Below are positions 1-9,114 of a stretch of DNA of 57,626 nt, piece after piece. The stretch comes from Actinomycetes bacterium. GTDB lineage: Bacteria > Actinomycetota > Acidimicrobiia > IMCC26256 > Chersky-534. Numbering within the stretch: position 1 is the stretch's first letter; the number at the start of each line of letters is the position of its first letter. The translations under genes were made by a program, and so were the position numbers. Where the stretch lies: NCBI GenBank assembly GCA_025463865.1, contig JAODBH010000078.1, positions 1 through 57,626 on the forward strand, written 5' to 3'. A model generated the notes under the pieces. That model was not told where the DNA came from and ran no database searches. It saw only the letters and a program-made list of their open reading frames with translations.

Positions 1-1
1 C

Positions 2-1537
2 GCGGCCGAGGAGGCCGCGCTCGACGGCGCGGCAAGCCGGCGCGTGCCCACCGATCCTGCGCCGGGGCCGGCGTCATCCTCGGAGCCGGCCTCCGCATCG
101 CCAGAGCCGCCGGCGGCGTCGCGAACTCCGGAAACCCGCGCCGACCCCGAGACGACCGCCGCAGCGTCGGCCCCGGACCTCGGCGCGAGCGAGCCGGTCA
201 CGGCTTCCGCCCCCGAACGTGCGGCCAACGGCAACGGGTCCCACGCGGGCCCGAATCCCGCTGACGAAGCGGGCGGGGAAGGAAGCCGTCGTCGTCGCCG
301 GCGCCGCGGCCGCGAACGGGTTCCGGGCGGTCAGGGGAGCGACGCGCGCGAGCCACGCGAGTCACGTGAGGGGCACGAGTCGCGTGAGCCCGTCGGCGAA
401 CCGGTCGACTGCGAGGGCCTGCTCGACCTGCGCGACGAGGGCTACGGCTTCCTGCGCACGAAGGGCTACCTGGCCGGGCGCGCCGACGTCTACGTGTCGG
501 CATCGCAGGTACGGCGGTTCGCGTTGCGCAAGGGCGACCACATCAAGGGCACGACGCGTCCGGCCGCGAGCACCGAGAAGTACCCCGCGCTGCTGCGCGT
601 CGACACCGTCAACGACATGACGCCCGACGAGGCGCGCCAGCGCCCGCAGTTCGAGGACCTGACCGCGCTCTTCCCCGACGTGAAGCTCAAGCTGGAGCTC
701 GAGGACGAGCCGCAGCAGATCGCCGGCCGCATCATCGACCTCGTCGCGCCGATCGGGAAGGGCCAGCGCGGTCTCATCGTCTCGCCCCCCAAGGCGGGCA
801 AGACGACGGTGCTCAAGCAGATCGTGTACTCGATCGAACGCAACAACCCCGAGGTGCACCTCATGGTGCTGCTCGTCGACGAGCGGCCCGAAGAGGTCAC
901 CGACATGCGCCGGCACGTCCAGCGGGGCGAGGTCGTCGCCAGCACGTTCGACCGGCCGTCGGAGGAGCACACCCACGTAGCCGAGCTCGCGATCGAGCGG
1001 GCCAAGCGGCTCGTCGAGCTCGGGCGCGACGTCGTGATCATCCTCGACGGCATCACCCGTCTCGCCCGCGCCTACAACCTGGCCGCGCCGGCCTCGGGCC
1101 GGGTGCTCTCGGGCGGGGTCGACTCGGCCGCGCTGTACCCGCCGAAGAAGTTCTTCGGCGCAGCCCGCAACGTCGAGGAAGGCGGTTCGCTGACCATCAT
1201 CGCCACCGCCCTCGTCGACACCGGCAGCCGGATGGACGAGGTCATCTTCGAGGAGTTCAAGGGCACCGGCAACATGGAGCTCCGGCTCGACCGCAGGGTC
1301 GCCGAACGCCGGATCTACCCTGCGATCGACGTGGTCTCCTCGAGCACCCGGCAGGAGCAGCTGCTCTTCGACCGCGACGAGCTCCAGCAGGTCTGGAAGC
1401 TGCGCCGGGTCCTCAACGGCCTCGAGACCGAGGGCCGCCCCGGCTCGGGCCTCGAGCTGCTGATGGACAAGCTGCGCACCACCAAGCGCAACCGCGAGTT
1501 CCTGAACGAGATCGCCAAGGCTCCCTCGGCGGGCTGA
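2..1537 (+). CDS. rho: Transcription termination factor Rho (N-terminus probably cut off by window edge)
   Basis: GYGFLR RNA-binding motif, [19 protein letters not shown] Walker [11 protein letters not shown]. The frame is open from base 2 (track start 44). Long low-complexity Arg-rich N-terminal region typical of actinobacterial Rho. Confidence 0.97.
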   Translation, partial: AAEEAALDGAASRRVPTDPAPGPASSSEPASASPEPPAASRTPETRADPETTAAASAPDLGASEPVTASAPERAANGNGSHAGPNPADEAGGEGSRRRRRRRGRERVPGGQGSDAREPRESREGHESREPVGEPVDCEGLLDLRDEGYGFLRTKGYLAGRADVYVSASQVRRFALRKGDHIKGTTRPAASTEKYPALLRVDTVNDMTPDEARQRPQFEDLTALFPDVKLKLELEDEPQQIAGRIIDLVAPIGKGQRGLIVSPPKAGKTTVLKQIVYSIERNNPEVHLMVLLVDERPEEVTDMRRHVQRGEVVASTFDRPSEEHTHVAELAIERAKRLVELGRDVVIILDGITRLARAYNLAAPASGRVLSGGVDSAALYPPKKFFGAARNVEEGGSLTIIATALVDTGSRMDEVIFEEFKGTGNMELRLDRRVAERRIYPAIDVVSSSTRQEQLLFDRDELQQVWKLRRVLNGLETEGRPGSGLELLMDKLRTTKRNREFLNEIAKAPSAG

Positions 1538-1574
1538 GCAGGCTCCCTCGGCGGGCTGAGCAGGCTCCCTCGGC
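1518..1574 (+). repeat. 22-bp tandem repeat (2.6 copies) spanning the rho stop codon
   Basis: AGGCTCCCTCGGCGGGCTGAGC at 1518-1539 and 1540-1561, plus partial AGGCTCCCTCGGC at 1562-1574. Confidence 0.95.
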
Positions 1575-1575
1575 C

Positions 1576-1581
1576 TAAGAT
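1576..1581 (+). promoter_or_regulatory. Putative -10 element for rpmE2
   Basis: TAAGAT (TANNNT) in otherwise GC-rich DNA, about 80 nt upstream of the L31 ATG. Confidence 0.45.
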
Positions 1582-1657
1582 GTCCCTCCGGTCCCGCGCC
1601 ACCGCTGGACCCGCAGCTTCGACTGATCCGCTTCGAACCCCTGAGATCGGAAATCCC

Positions 1658-1945
1658 ATGCGCGAAGGCATCCACCCCGACTACCGCACGGTGGTGTTCC
1701 AGGACCCGTCGGCGGAGTTCGGGTTCCTGACCCGCTCCACCGTCACGAGCAGCGAGACCGTGAAGTGGGAGGACGGCAACGAGTACCCGCTGGTCCGGGT
1801 CGAGATCTCGAGCGCCAGCCACCCCTTCTACACCGGCAAGATGAAGATCGTGGACACCGCCGGCCGGGTCGAGCGCTTCAACCGTCGGTACGCCGGCAAG
1901 GGCACCCAGGGCGGATCGAAGACCAAGAGCAAGACCCAGGGCTGA
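1658..1945 (+). CDS. rpmE2: 50S ribosomal protein L31 type B (Cys-free)
   Basis: [16 protein letters not shown]...[19 protein letters not shown]...[10 protein letters not shown], with no zinc-ribbon cysteines. The ATG at 1658 fits the family N-terminus better than the track start at 1580. Confidence 0.95.
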   Translation: MREGIHPDYRTVVFQDPSAEFGFLTRSTVTSSETVKWEDGNEYPLVRVEISSASHPFYTGKMKIVDTAGRVERFNRRYAGKGTQGGSKTKSKTQG

Positions 1946-1965
1946 GACCTACGGGAGGTCGCGTC

Positions 1966-2871
1966 GTGACCGATCGGCCCGAGCCGCGCTACGTCGGCGG
2001 TCAGGCGGTCATGGAAGGCGTGATGATGCGCGGGGAGACCGCATGGGCGGTCGCCGTGCGCAACCCCGAGGGTGGCATCGACCTCGAGGTGAACGATGCG
2101 CCGAGCTGGGCGCAGCGCTACTCGAAGCTGCCGGTCGTGCGCGGGGTCACGACGCTCGTGGAGTCGCTCGCGCTCGGTTTCAAGGCGCTCACGTTCTCCG
2201 CGAACCGCCAGGTTCCCGAGGAGGAGCAGCTCTCGGACACCGCCGTCGGATGGACGTTCGCGGTGGCGATGACCCTCTTCGCCGGTGTGTTCATCGTGTT
2301 GCCCGCGGTCGCGGCCAACAGCGTCGGCGACTGGTTGGGCCTCTCGGGCTTCTGGTTCCACGTCGCCGAGGGAGCGCTGCGGATCGGCATCTTCCTCGGC
2401 TATCTCGTGGCCATCGGGTTCGTTCCCGACATCCGCACGGTGTTCCAGTACCACGGGGCCGAGCACAAGGCGATCGCCGCCTACGAGCGGGGCGCGCCGC
2501 TCGAGCCCGCCGCCGCGCAGCGGTTCAGCACCGAGCACGTGCGCTGCGGCACCAACTTCCTGCTCACGGTGATGGTCGTCACGGTCATCACCTACTCGTT
2601 CTTCGGTCGCCCGGGCTGGCTGGTCCTGATCGGCTCCCGGATCGTGGTGATCCCGCTGATCGCGGGGGTCAGCTACGAGATCATCCGCGGCGCGGCGAAG
2701 CACATGCAGTGGCGTTGGGTGCGTTGGGCCATGCGCCCCGGCCTCGCGCTGCAGCGACTCACCACCCGTGAGCCGACCCTCGACCAGCTCGAGGTCGCGC
2801 TCACCTCGCTGCGGGCCGTGCTGACGGCCGAGCAGCTCGCCGAGGTCGAGGCCCGACCCCGCGCCGCGTAG
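1966..2871 (+). CDS. DUF1385 family membrane protein
   Basis: GGQAVMEGVMMRG, YHGAEHK, HVRCGTNF and LQRLTTREP motifs. GGGAGG SD before GTG 1966. Usual neighbour of rpmE/prfA. Confidence 0.9.
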   Translation: MTDRPEPRYVGGQAVMEGVMMRGETAWAVAVRNPEGGIDLEVNDAPSWAQRYSKLPVVRGVTTLVESLALGFKALTFSANRQVPEEEQLSDTAVGWTFAVAMTLFAGVFIVLPAVAANSVGDWLGLSGFWFHVAEGALRIGIFLGYLVAIGFVPDIRTVFQYHGAEHKAIAAYERGAPLEPAAAQRFSTEHVRCGTNFLLTVMVVTVITYSFFGRPGWLVLIGSRIVVIPLIAGVSYEIIRGAAKHMQWRWVRWAMRPGLALQRLTTREPTLDQLEVALTSLRAVLTAEQLAEVEARPRAA

Positions 2872-2894
2872 GCCGCGTCCGCGCGTCCGCCCGT

Positions 2895-2900
2895 TAGCCT
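2895..2900 (+). promoter_or_regulatory. -10 element, leaderless prfA promoter
   Basis: TAGCCT followed by 7 nt and then the ATG at 2908; no SD. Confidence 0.6.
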
Positions 2901-2907
2901 GATCGCG

Positions 2908-3978
2908 ATGTTCGAACACCTTGCCGACGTCGAGCGCGAGCTCGAGAAGCTCGAAGCCGAGCTCTCCGAGATCTACGCCGCAGGCGACCAGAACGCGGCG
3001 CGCACGGCAGGGCGCCGCGTGGCCGAGCTGCGGCCGATCGTGGACGCGTACCGCGAGTACCGCGGCGTCGAGACCGAGATCGCCGAGACCCGCGCCATGG
3101 TCGCGGCCGAGACCGATCCCGAGATGCGCGAGTTCCTCCGGGCCGAGTTGGGGGAGCGGGAGGATCAACGGGCCCGGCTCGAGGCGGTCATCACCGAGCT
3201 GCTCATACCGAAGGACCCGAACGACGGCCGCAACGTCATCGTCGAGATCCGGGGCGCGGAGGGCGGCGACGAGGCCAACATCTGGGCCGGCGACCTCTAC
3301 CGCATGTATCAGCGCTACGCCGAGCTCCGCGGTTGGAAGACCGAGGTGATGGAGGCGCAGCCTTCCGACATGGGCGGCTACCGCGAGGTCACGTTCCTCG
3401 TGAAGGGCAAGGACGCATGGAGCCGGCTCAAGTACGAGGCCGGCCCCCACCGCGTCCAACGCGTGCCTGCCACCGAGAGCCAGGGGCGCATCCACACCAG
3501 TGCCGCCACCGTCGCCGTGCTCCCCGAGGCCGAGGAGATCGAGGTCGAGATCGATCCCAACGACCTCGAGGTCGACGTCTACCGGTCCAGTGGCCCCGGC
3601 GGCCAGAGCGTCAACACCACCGACTCCGCGGTGCGGCTCACCCACAAGCCGACCGGCCTCGTCGTGACCTGTCAGGACGAGAAGAGCCAGCTCCAGAACC
3701 GCGACAAGGCGATGCGGATCCTCCGATCGCGCCTCCTGCAGCTCGAGCAGGACCGTCGGGAGGAGGAGCTCTCCAGCGCCCGGCGCAGCCAGGTGAAGAG
3801 CGGCGGCCGTTCCGACAAGGTCCGGACGTACAACTACAAGGACAACCGCGTCACCGACCACCGGATCAACCTCACGCTGCACTCGCTCGACCAGTTCCTC
3901 AACGGTCAGATCGACGATCTGGTCGACGCGTTGGCGCAGGACGAACGTCGGAGGCAGCTCGGCGATGACGACACCTGA
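2908..3978 (+). CDS. prfA: Peptide chain release factor 1
   Basis: GGQ motif (GPGGQSVNTTDSAVR), RF1-specific PxT (RVPATES), RTYNY. Confidence 0.98.
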   Translation: MFEHLADVERELEKLEAELSEIYAAGDQNAARTAGRRVAELRPIVDAYREYRGVETEIAETRAMVAAETDPEMREFLRAELGEREDQRARLEAVITELLIPKDPNDGRNVIVEIRGAEGGDEANIWAGDLYRMYQRYAELRGWKTEVMEAQPSDMGGYREVTFLVKGKDAWSRLKYEAGPHRVQRVPATESQGRIHTSAATVAVLPEAEEIEVEIDPNDLEVDVYRSSGPGGQSVNTTDSAVRLTHKPTGLVVTCQDEKSQLQNRDKAMRILRSRLLQLEQDRREEELSSARRSQVKSGGRSDKVRTYNYKDNRVTDHRINLTLHSLDQFLNGQIDDLVDALAQDERRRQLGDDDT

Positions 3979-4903
3979 CGTGGCGGGCCGACCCGCGACG
4001 TGGCGCGAGCTCACCGACCGCGCCGCCGACACGTTGCGCGCGGCAGGGATCGACACCGCCGACATGGAGGCCCGCTGGTTGATGGAGGAGGTCTCCGGCC
4101 TCGACCGGGCCGAGCTCACCGTCGAGGCCGACGAGCTCGCCCCCGACCGGACCGTGCCGATCCTCGACGCGCTGGTCGAGCGCCGGGCCGCGGGCGAACC
4201 GCTCCAGTACGTGCTCGGTCACTGGGACTTCCACGGCCTCGATCTCGCCGTCGACCCGCGCGTGCTGATCCCGCGACCCGAGACCGAGGTCGTCGCCGAG
4301 GTCGCGATCTCCGAGCTCGAGCGGATCGGGGAGCGCCGCGGCCGCAGCGACGCGTGGAGCGGCGCGCTCACCAACTTCACCGTCGCCGACCTCGGTACCG
4401 GCAGCGGCGCGCTCGCGCTCGCGCTGGCGGCGGAGCTGCCGGACGCCGCGGTCTGGGCGACCGACCGCAGCGAGGCGGCGCTGGCCATCGCCCGGGCCAA
4501 CCTCGCGGGAGCCGGGCAACCCGCGGTTCGGGTCCGGCTCGGTGAGGGCTCGTGGTTCGAAGCGTTGCCCGAGGACCTGCGCGGCGGCCTGCGGCTCGTG
4601 GTGAGCAACCCGCCGTACGTCGCGGAGTCGGAGTACCCCGACCTGCCGCCCGAGGTCCGCGACTACGAGCCCTACGACGCGCTCGTCAGCGGTCCGTCGG
4701 GGCTCGAGTCGATCGCGACGATCGTCGAGCAGGCACCCGACTGGCTCGAGCCGGGCGGGGTGCTCGTGCTCGAGCTCGCGCCGCACCAGGTCGAGTCGGC
4801 CCGGTCGCTCGCGGCCGCGGCGGGCTTCGCCGACGTCGAGATCCGCAAAGATCTCAGCGGCCGCGAACGCGTGCTGGTTGCCCGCCGATCACCAGGAGGA
4901 TGA
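3965..4903 (+). CDS. prmC: Release factor glutamine N5-methyltransferase
   Basis: GEPLQY, LIPRPETE, DLGTGSG and SNPPY motifs; overlaps prfA. Confidence 0.96.
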   Translation: MTTPDVAGRPATWRELTDRAADTLRAAGIDTADMEARWLMEEVSGLDRAELTVEADELAPDRTVPILDALVERRAAGEPLQYVLGHWDFHGLDLAVDPRVLIPRPETEVVAEVAISELERIGERRGRSDAWSGALTNFTVADLGTGSGALALALAAELPDAAVWATDRSEAALAIARANLAGAGQPAVRVRLGEGSWFEALPEDLRGGLRLVVSNPPYVAESEYPDLPPEVRDYEPYDALVSGPSGLESIATIVEQAPDWLEPGGVLVLELAPHQVESARSLAAAAGFADVEIRKDLSGRERVLVARRSPGG

Positions 4904-4907
4904 ACCC

Positions 4908-5147
4908 ATGGCCGACGAGCTCGACGTCGACGCGATGATCGCCCGGTTCCGCGAACGTGCGGCCGCGGTGCAGGGCCGGCCCCTCCCTCCCGTCGCGGGC
5001 CCCGAGCGCGAGCGGTTCATGCAGCACGCGCAGGACGACTTCCAGGACTTCGCGATCATCGGCGACGCGTCGTGGACGTTCGACGACGGCGTGCTGGTGC
5101 TCACGGTGGATCTGCGCCCGCCCGTGGAAGACCGGGCGGCCGGCTAG
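4908..5147 (+). CDS. Small hypothetical protein (79 aa)
   Basis: AGGAGG SD before ATG 4908; GC3-biased codons; starts 4 nt after the prmC stop. Confidence 0.7.
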   Translation: MADELDVDAMIARFRERAAAVQGRPLPPVAGPERERFMQHAQDDFQDFAIIGDASWTFDDGVLVLTVDLRPPVEDRAAG

Positions 5148-5160
5148 CGAAATCGGTGCG

Positions 5161-5595
5161 TCAGCCGCCCGGCCCGCGACCGCCCGGCTTGCGGCCGAAG
5201 TGCTCGTCGGCCCGCTCCGACGGGTCCAGGCGTTGGAGATAGCCCCGGTCGACCGCGATCCAGATCGTCTTCGAGAACGGGTAGAAGAGGATCGGGCCGA
5301 ACAGCGCGATCGGGACGAGGATCAGCAGCAGCGGCACGACCGGGATCTCGGGGATCGTCAGCGCGAGCGCGACCACGAAGCTGACGGCGAACAGCCCGCC
5401 CGTCGCCATGATGTTGATGGCGAGGGCGCCGGCGAAGTAGCCGGGCTCCCGCTCGAAGTGGAGACGGCAGCGGGGGCAGTCGGGGACCATCGCGAGGTAG
5501 TGATGGAAGAGGTGGCCCGAGCCGCACCGGGGGCAGCGCCGCGTGAAGCCCCACCACATGATCGTGCCGCGGCTGGTCTCCGGTGCTGCCGACAT
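5161..5595 (-). CDS. DUF983 family zinc-ribbon membrane protein
   Basis: RCPRCGSGHLF...CPRC zinc ribbon followed by two hydrophobic helices; GAGGAG SD. Confidence 0.85.
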   Translation of the reverse strand: MSAAPETSRGTIMWWGFTRRCPRCGSGHLFHHYLAMVPDCPRCRLHFEREPGYFAGALAINIMATGGLFAVSFVVALALTIPEIPVVPLLLILVPIALFGPILFYPFSKTIWIAVDRGYLQRLDPSERADEHFGRKPGGRGPGG

Positions 5596-5667
5596 GGATC
5601 TCCTCGCTCGCGGACGGGTTGTCGGTCACGATAACGGAGCGCCGTGCGGCGCCCTGATCGGAGGACC

Positions 5668-6327
5668 ATGCCCATCGACCTCGACTGCGCAGACCACCTG
5701 CTGACGAGCACCCGGGCGGTGCGCAAGCGGCTCGACCTCGACCGGCCGGTCCCCGACGACGTCATCCTCGAATGCCTCCGGATCGGGATCCAGGCCCCGA
5801 CGGCCTCGAACTCCCAAGGTTGGCGCTTCGTCGTCGTCACCGACCCCGGGGAGCGGGCTGCGCTGGCCGATATCTACCGCAAGGCCGCAGACCCGTATCT
5901 CGGTATGCAGGCCGGCGCCCTCGGCGACATCGAGGGCGGTACGGAGTCGGAACAGGGCCGGGTGCTCAGCAGTGCGCAGTTCCTGAGCGCGCGTCTTCAG
6001 GACGTGCCCGTGCACGTGATCCCGTGCGTGTTCGGGGACCCGCCGATCGGCAACTTCGCCGGTGCGAGCCTCTACGGCTCGATCTTCCCCGCGGTCTGGA
6101 GCTTCCAGCTCGCGTTGCGCGCGCGTGGCCTGGGTTCGGCGTTGACCACGTTGCACCTCGCGCACGAGCAGGAAGCCGCCGCGCTCCTCGGGATCCCGGA
6201 CGGCGTGCTGCAGGTGGGGTTGATCCCGGTCGCCTACTTCACCGGCGACGACTTCAAGCCCGCGGCCCGGCGGCCCATCGAGGAGATCACCTACTGGAAC
6301 CAGTGGAAGAACCCACCGCCCACCTGA
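5668..6327 (+). CDS. Nitroreductase family protein
   Basis: TRAVRKRL, QAPTASNSQGWRFVVV and LALRARGLGS FMN-binding motifs; GGAGG SD before ATG 5668. Confidence 0.9.
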   Translation: MPIDLDCADHLLTSTRAVRKRLDLDRPVPDDVILECLRIGIQAPTASNSQGWRFVVVTDPGERAALADIYRKAADPYLGMQAGALGDIEGGTESEQGRVLSSAQFLSARLQDVPVHVIPCVFGDPPIGNFAGASLYGSIFPAVWSFQLALRARGLGSALTTLHLAHEQEAAALLGIPDGVLQVGLIPVAYFTGDDFKPAARRPIEEITYWNQWKNPPPT

Positions 6328-6336
6328 CGGCCGCGG

Positions 6337-7119
6337 TCACGAACCCTGCATCGAGGAGCCGAGGAGCACGGCGGGCCAGGACGGCTCGCCGGGAGCGAGG
6401 GACTCGGAGCAGAGCGAGCGGTAGCGGCACCGCGCGCACAGCTCGGGTTCGGCGTGCCCGGTGAACGCGTCGTCGGCGCGCATCGCGGTGACGACCGCGG
6501 CGAGCTCGACGCCGATCGCGTCGATGTCGTCGTCGTCGGGGACGAACGGCTCGGGATCCTCGTCGACCTCCGTCGCGAGGTACTCCCAGCGCAGGCGGAG
6601 CTGGAGGCCCTTGCGGTCCGCGAACCGCGCGAGCACCCAGGCCTGCAGCCGGGCCTTCGGATCGTCGGCAACCCGGTCGATCGCGCGGAAGCCGGTCTTG
6701 TAGTCACGCGCGTCGAGCACGTCGCCGACGATCCAGAGCGCGTCGATGCGCGCGCTCGCCATGAACATGACGGGCGGCTTCCGGTAGAAGCGCGTGAGGT
6801 CGACCTCGTGGTGCCCGCTCGTCGGGTCGTGCGGGCAGCGGCGGGCGTGGCGCTCGAGGATCCCACGGGTCTCGGAGTCGTCCTCGAGGCCGTAGGCGGT
6901 GAGGAGATCGTCGACGTGGGCCGCATCGTGGCACGAGCCCTGCGCGTGGAGCTGGTGCAACAGGTTGTGCACGAACAGGCCCCGGTCGGGTGACGCGCCG
7001 GGGTCGCTCTCGGGGAGGCCGAGCACGCGTCCGAGCAGCGTCTCGCGCGGGCATCGCAGCCATTGTTCGAGCGCGGTCGGGCTCAGTCCGATGATGTCGG
7101 GCCACCACTTGTCGCTCAC
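6337..7119 (-). CDS. PD-(D/E)XK RecB/AddB/Cas4-like nuclease with 4-Cys Fe-S staple (260 aa)
   Basis: LSPTAL...RCP, GLFVH, HEV, ARID, RDYKTG and C-terminal CARCRYRSLC. The GTG start overlaps the upstream gene's stop (GTGA). Confidence 0.88.
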   Translation of the reverse strand: MSDKWWPDIIGLSPTALEQWLRCPRETLLGRVLGLPESDPGASPDRGLFVHNLLHQLHAQGSCHDAAHVDDLLTAYGLEDDSETRGILERHARRCPHDPTSGHHEVDLTRFYRKPPVMFMASARIDALWIVGDVLDARDYKTGFRAIDRVADDPKARLQAWVLARFADRKGLQLRLRWEYLATEVDEDPEPFVPDDDDIDAIGVELAAVVTAMRADDAFTGHAEPELCARCRYRSLCSESLAPGEPSWPAVLLGSSMQGS

Positions 7120-7850
7120 TTGTGGGCCTTGCAGCCGGGGACGTAGGCGCACCGGGCGCACTCGTGACCTTGGCGGACGCGGGTCTCGTCGGCGGCCAGC
7201 TTCACGGCTGCGACCCCGGCTTCCAGCCAGGCGTCGACGTCGGAGTCGTAGGGGTCGACCGTGATCTCGTCGTAGGTGGCGTCGACGAGGTCGGCGATGC
7301 ACACGCGCACCTCCGGCCCATCGCGATCCTCGTGGAGGGCCGCGCGGATGCGGGCGACGAGGAACCGCACCTCGACGGTCTCGGCGAGATCGGGACCGAG
7401 CGGGCGCTGGTGGACGCGGAGGAGCCGGACCTCGAGGGCGCCGTGCTCGTCGTCCAGGATGAGCGGTGGCGGCCCGACCAGGCGGACGCCGAGCTCGGGG
7501 ACGTCGACGGACCACTCGATCGGATCGCGCGCGACAGCCGGGCGATCGGCGAACAAGGCGCAATACGCGCGCGTCGTCACCGTGTACAGCATCTGCTGCT
7601 CGGGGAGGAGGTCGGTAGGGGGGTGGAACCAGGTCGGGTCGGCGGACCGGAGCTCGGTGTGCGCGAGCCGGATGTCGGCGTTGATGCGGTCGGAGAGTCG
7701 CCAGCGGACGTTGTCTCCCCACGTGGCGCGCTTCCGGTTGCCGAGCTCGAGCGCGAGCCGGCGCCCGCACTGCTGCGCGGGATCGCGCAGGCTCGCGGCG
7801 GTGATCTTGGGCAGGAGCTCTTCCTCAGACTCTTCCAAGTCGCTCCGCAA
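7116..7850 (-). CDS. Degenerate PD-(D/E)XK-like protein with 4-Cys motif (probable inactive paralog of the neighbour)
   Basis: ITAASL...QCGRR at the N-terminus and CARCAYVPGC at the C-terminus mirror the neighbour. The RID/DYK positions appear to read GPPP/EVRLLR. Confidence 0.65.
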   Translation of the reverse strand: MRSDLEESEEELLPKITAASLRDPAQQCGRRLALELGNRKRATWGDNVRWRLSDRINADIRLAHTELRSADPTWFHPPTDLLPEQQMLYTVTTRAYCALFADRPAVARDPIEWSVDVPELGVRLVGPPPLILDDEHGALEVRLLRVHQRPLGPDLAETVEVRFLVARIRAALHEDRDGPEVRVCIADLVDATYDEITVDPYDSDVDAWLEAGVAAVKLAADETRVRQGHECARCAYVPGCKAHK

Positions 7851-7862
7851 CTTCCGTGAGGG

Positions 7863-8978
7863 TCAAGTCCCCGAGGTCGAGGTCGCCGATCCAGCGGTCA
7901 GCGCGTCGATCGCGGCGACGATCTGGGCGTCGGCGGTGTCGTCGCCGAACGGCGACGGGATCGACTCGAGCCGGGCGTGCTCCGCGGCCGGATCGTCGAG
8001 CACCCGCGCCGCCGCGGCGAGCAGCTCGGGCCCGGGCTGCAGCAGCTGCGCGAAGGTGCCGATCGCTTCCGGGCGCTCGGTGGAGCGGCGCACCACCAGC
8101 AGCGGCCGCTTCAGCACGCTGACCTCCTCCTGGACACCCCCGGAGTCGGAGACCAGCAACGCGGCCTCGGCGGCCAGGCCGAGGAAGTCGCGGTACCCGA
8201 GCGGAGCGACGACCCGGAGCTTCTCGAGCTCGGCGCCGAGCCCGTAGGCCTCCGCCGCGGCCTGGGTGCGGGGGTGGATCGGGAAGACCACCGGGAGCTC
8301 CAGCGCGGCGAGGTCGTGGAGCACGGCCGCGAGCTGGTCGGGATCGTCGGTGTTCTCCGGGCGGTGGATGGTCGACAGCACGAACGACTCCCGGGACACC
8401 GCGTGGCGCCGGAGCAGCTCGATGCGGGACTCCGGGTCGGGGAGGAGCCGGGCGACGGCCCCGACGACCGGGTTGCCGGTGACGGCGATCCGGGACTCCG
8501 GGATGCCCTCGGCGAGGAGCCGGGTGCGGTTCTGCGGGGTGGCGGCGCAGGCGAGGTCGGCGAGATGGTCGATGACGACCCGGTTGTGCTCTTCGGGCAT
8601 TCTGCGGTCGTCGCTGCGCAGGCCCGCCTCGACGTGGACCAGCGGCACCCCCCGCGCATTCGCGGCCAACGCACCCGAGAGCGCCGCGTTGGTGTCGCCC
8701 TGGACCACCACGGCGACCGGGCGATGGTCGGCGAAGACCCCGTCGAGGGCGATCAGGGCGCTGCCGATCTGGATGGCCCGCCCGGTGCCGCCGACGGCCA
8801 GCTGCACGGCCGGCTGCGGGAGCTGCAGCTCGTCCTGGAAGTCTCCGGCCATCTCGGGGCTGTAGTGCTGCCCCGTGTGGACGAGTAAAGCGCGGGCACC
8901 GAGGTGTCGAACCAGACCTGCGAGCTTGATCAGCTCCGGTCGGGTTCCGAGCACCACTGCCACTGTCCGTGGTGTCAC
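7863..8978 (-). CDS. wecB: UDP-N-acetylglucosamine 2-epimerase (non-hydrolysing)
   Basis: VLGTRPELIK, HTGQHY, QGDT, HVEAGLRS, PEEHNR, HRPEN, SDSGGVQEE, TERPE. Start is GTG 8978 or 8993. Confidence 0.93.
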   Translation of the reverse strand: MTPRTVAVVLGTRPELIKLAGLVRHLGARALLVHTGQHYSPEMAGDFQDELQLPQPAVQLAVGGTGRAIQIGSALIALDGVFADHRPVAVVVQGDTNAALSGALAANARGVPLVHVEAGLRSDDRRMPEEHNRVVIDHLADLACAATPQNRTRLLAEGIPESRIAVTGNPVVGAVARLLPDPESRIELLRRHAVSRESFVLSTIHRPENTDDPDQLAAVLHDLAALELPVVFPIHPRTQAAAEAYGLGAELEKLRVVAPLGYRDFLGLAAEAALLVSDSGGVQEEVSVLKRPLLVVRRSTERPEAIGTFAQLLQPGPELLAAAARVLDDPAAEHARLESIPSPFGDDTADAQIVAAIDALTAGSATSTSGT

Positions 8979-9114
8979 AGCGGTCGACTCCACAGCGGAC
9001 AGCGCACCTCGGAAGCTCGGCAACCCAGATCCTTTAACATAACTCCCGGTGGCATCGGCGGGGCGCAATCGCCACGCAATGTGACTGGGTTCGGACCCAA
9101 CCCATCGGAGGAAC

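Noticed and set aside
1518-1574. Mini CRISPR array (13-bp repeat with 9-bp spacers)
   Set aside because: The spacers are identical and far too short; this is a plain tandem repeat.
6337-7850. CRISPR-Cas locus suggested by Cas4-like proteins
   Set aside because: No cas1/cas2 or effector genes and no repeat-spacer array in the window.
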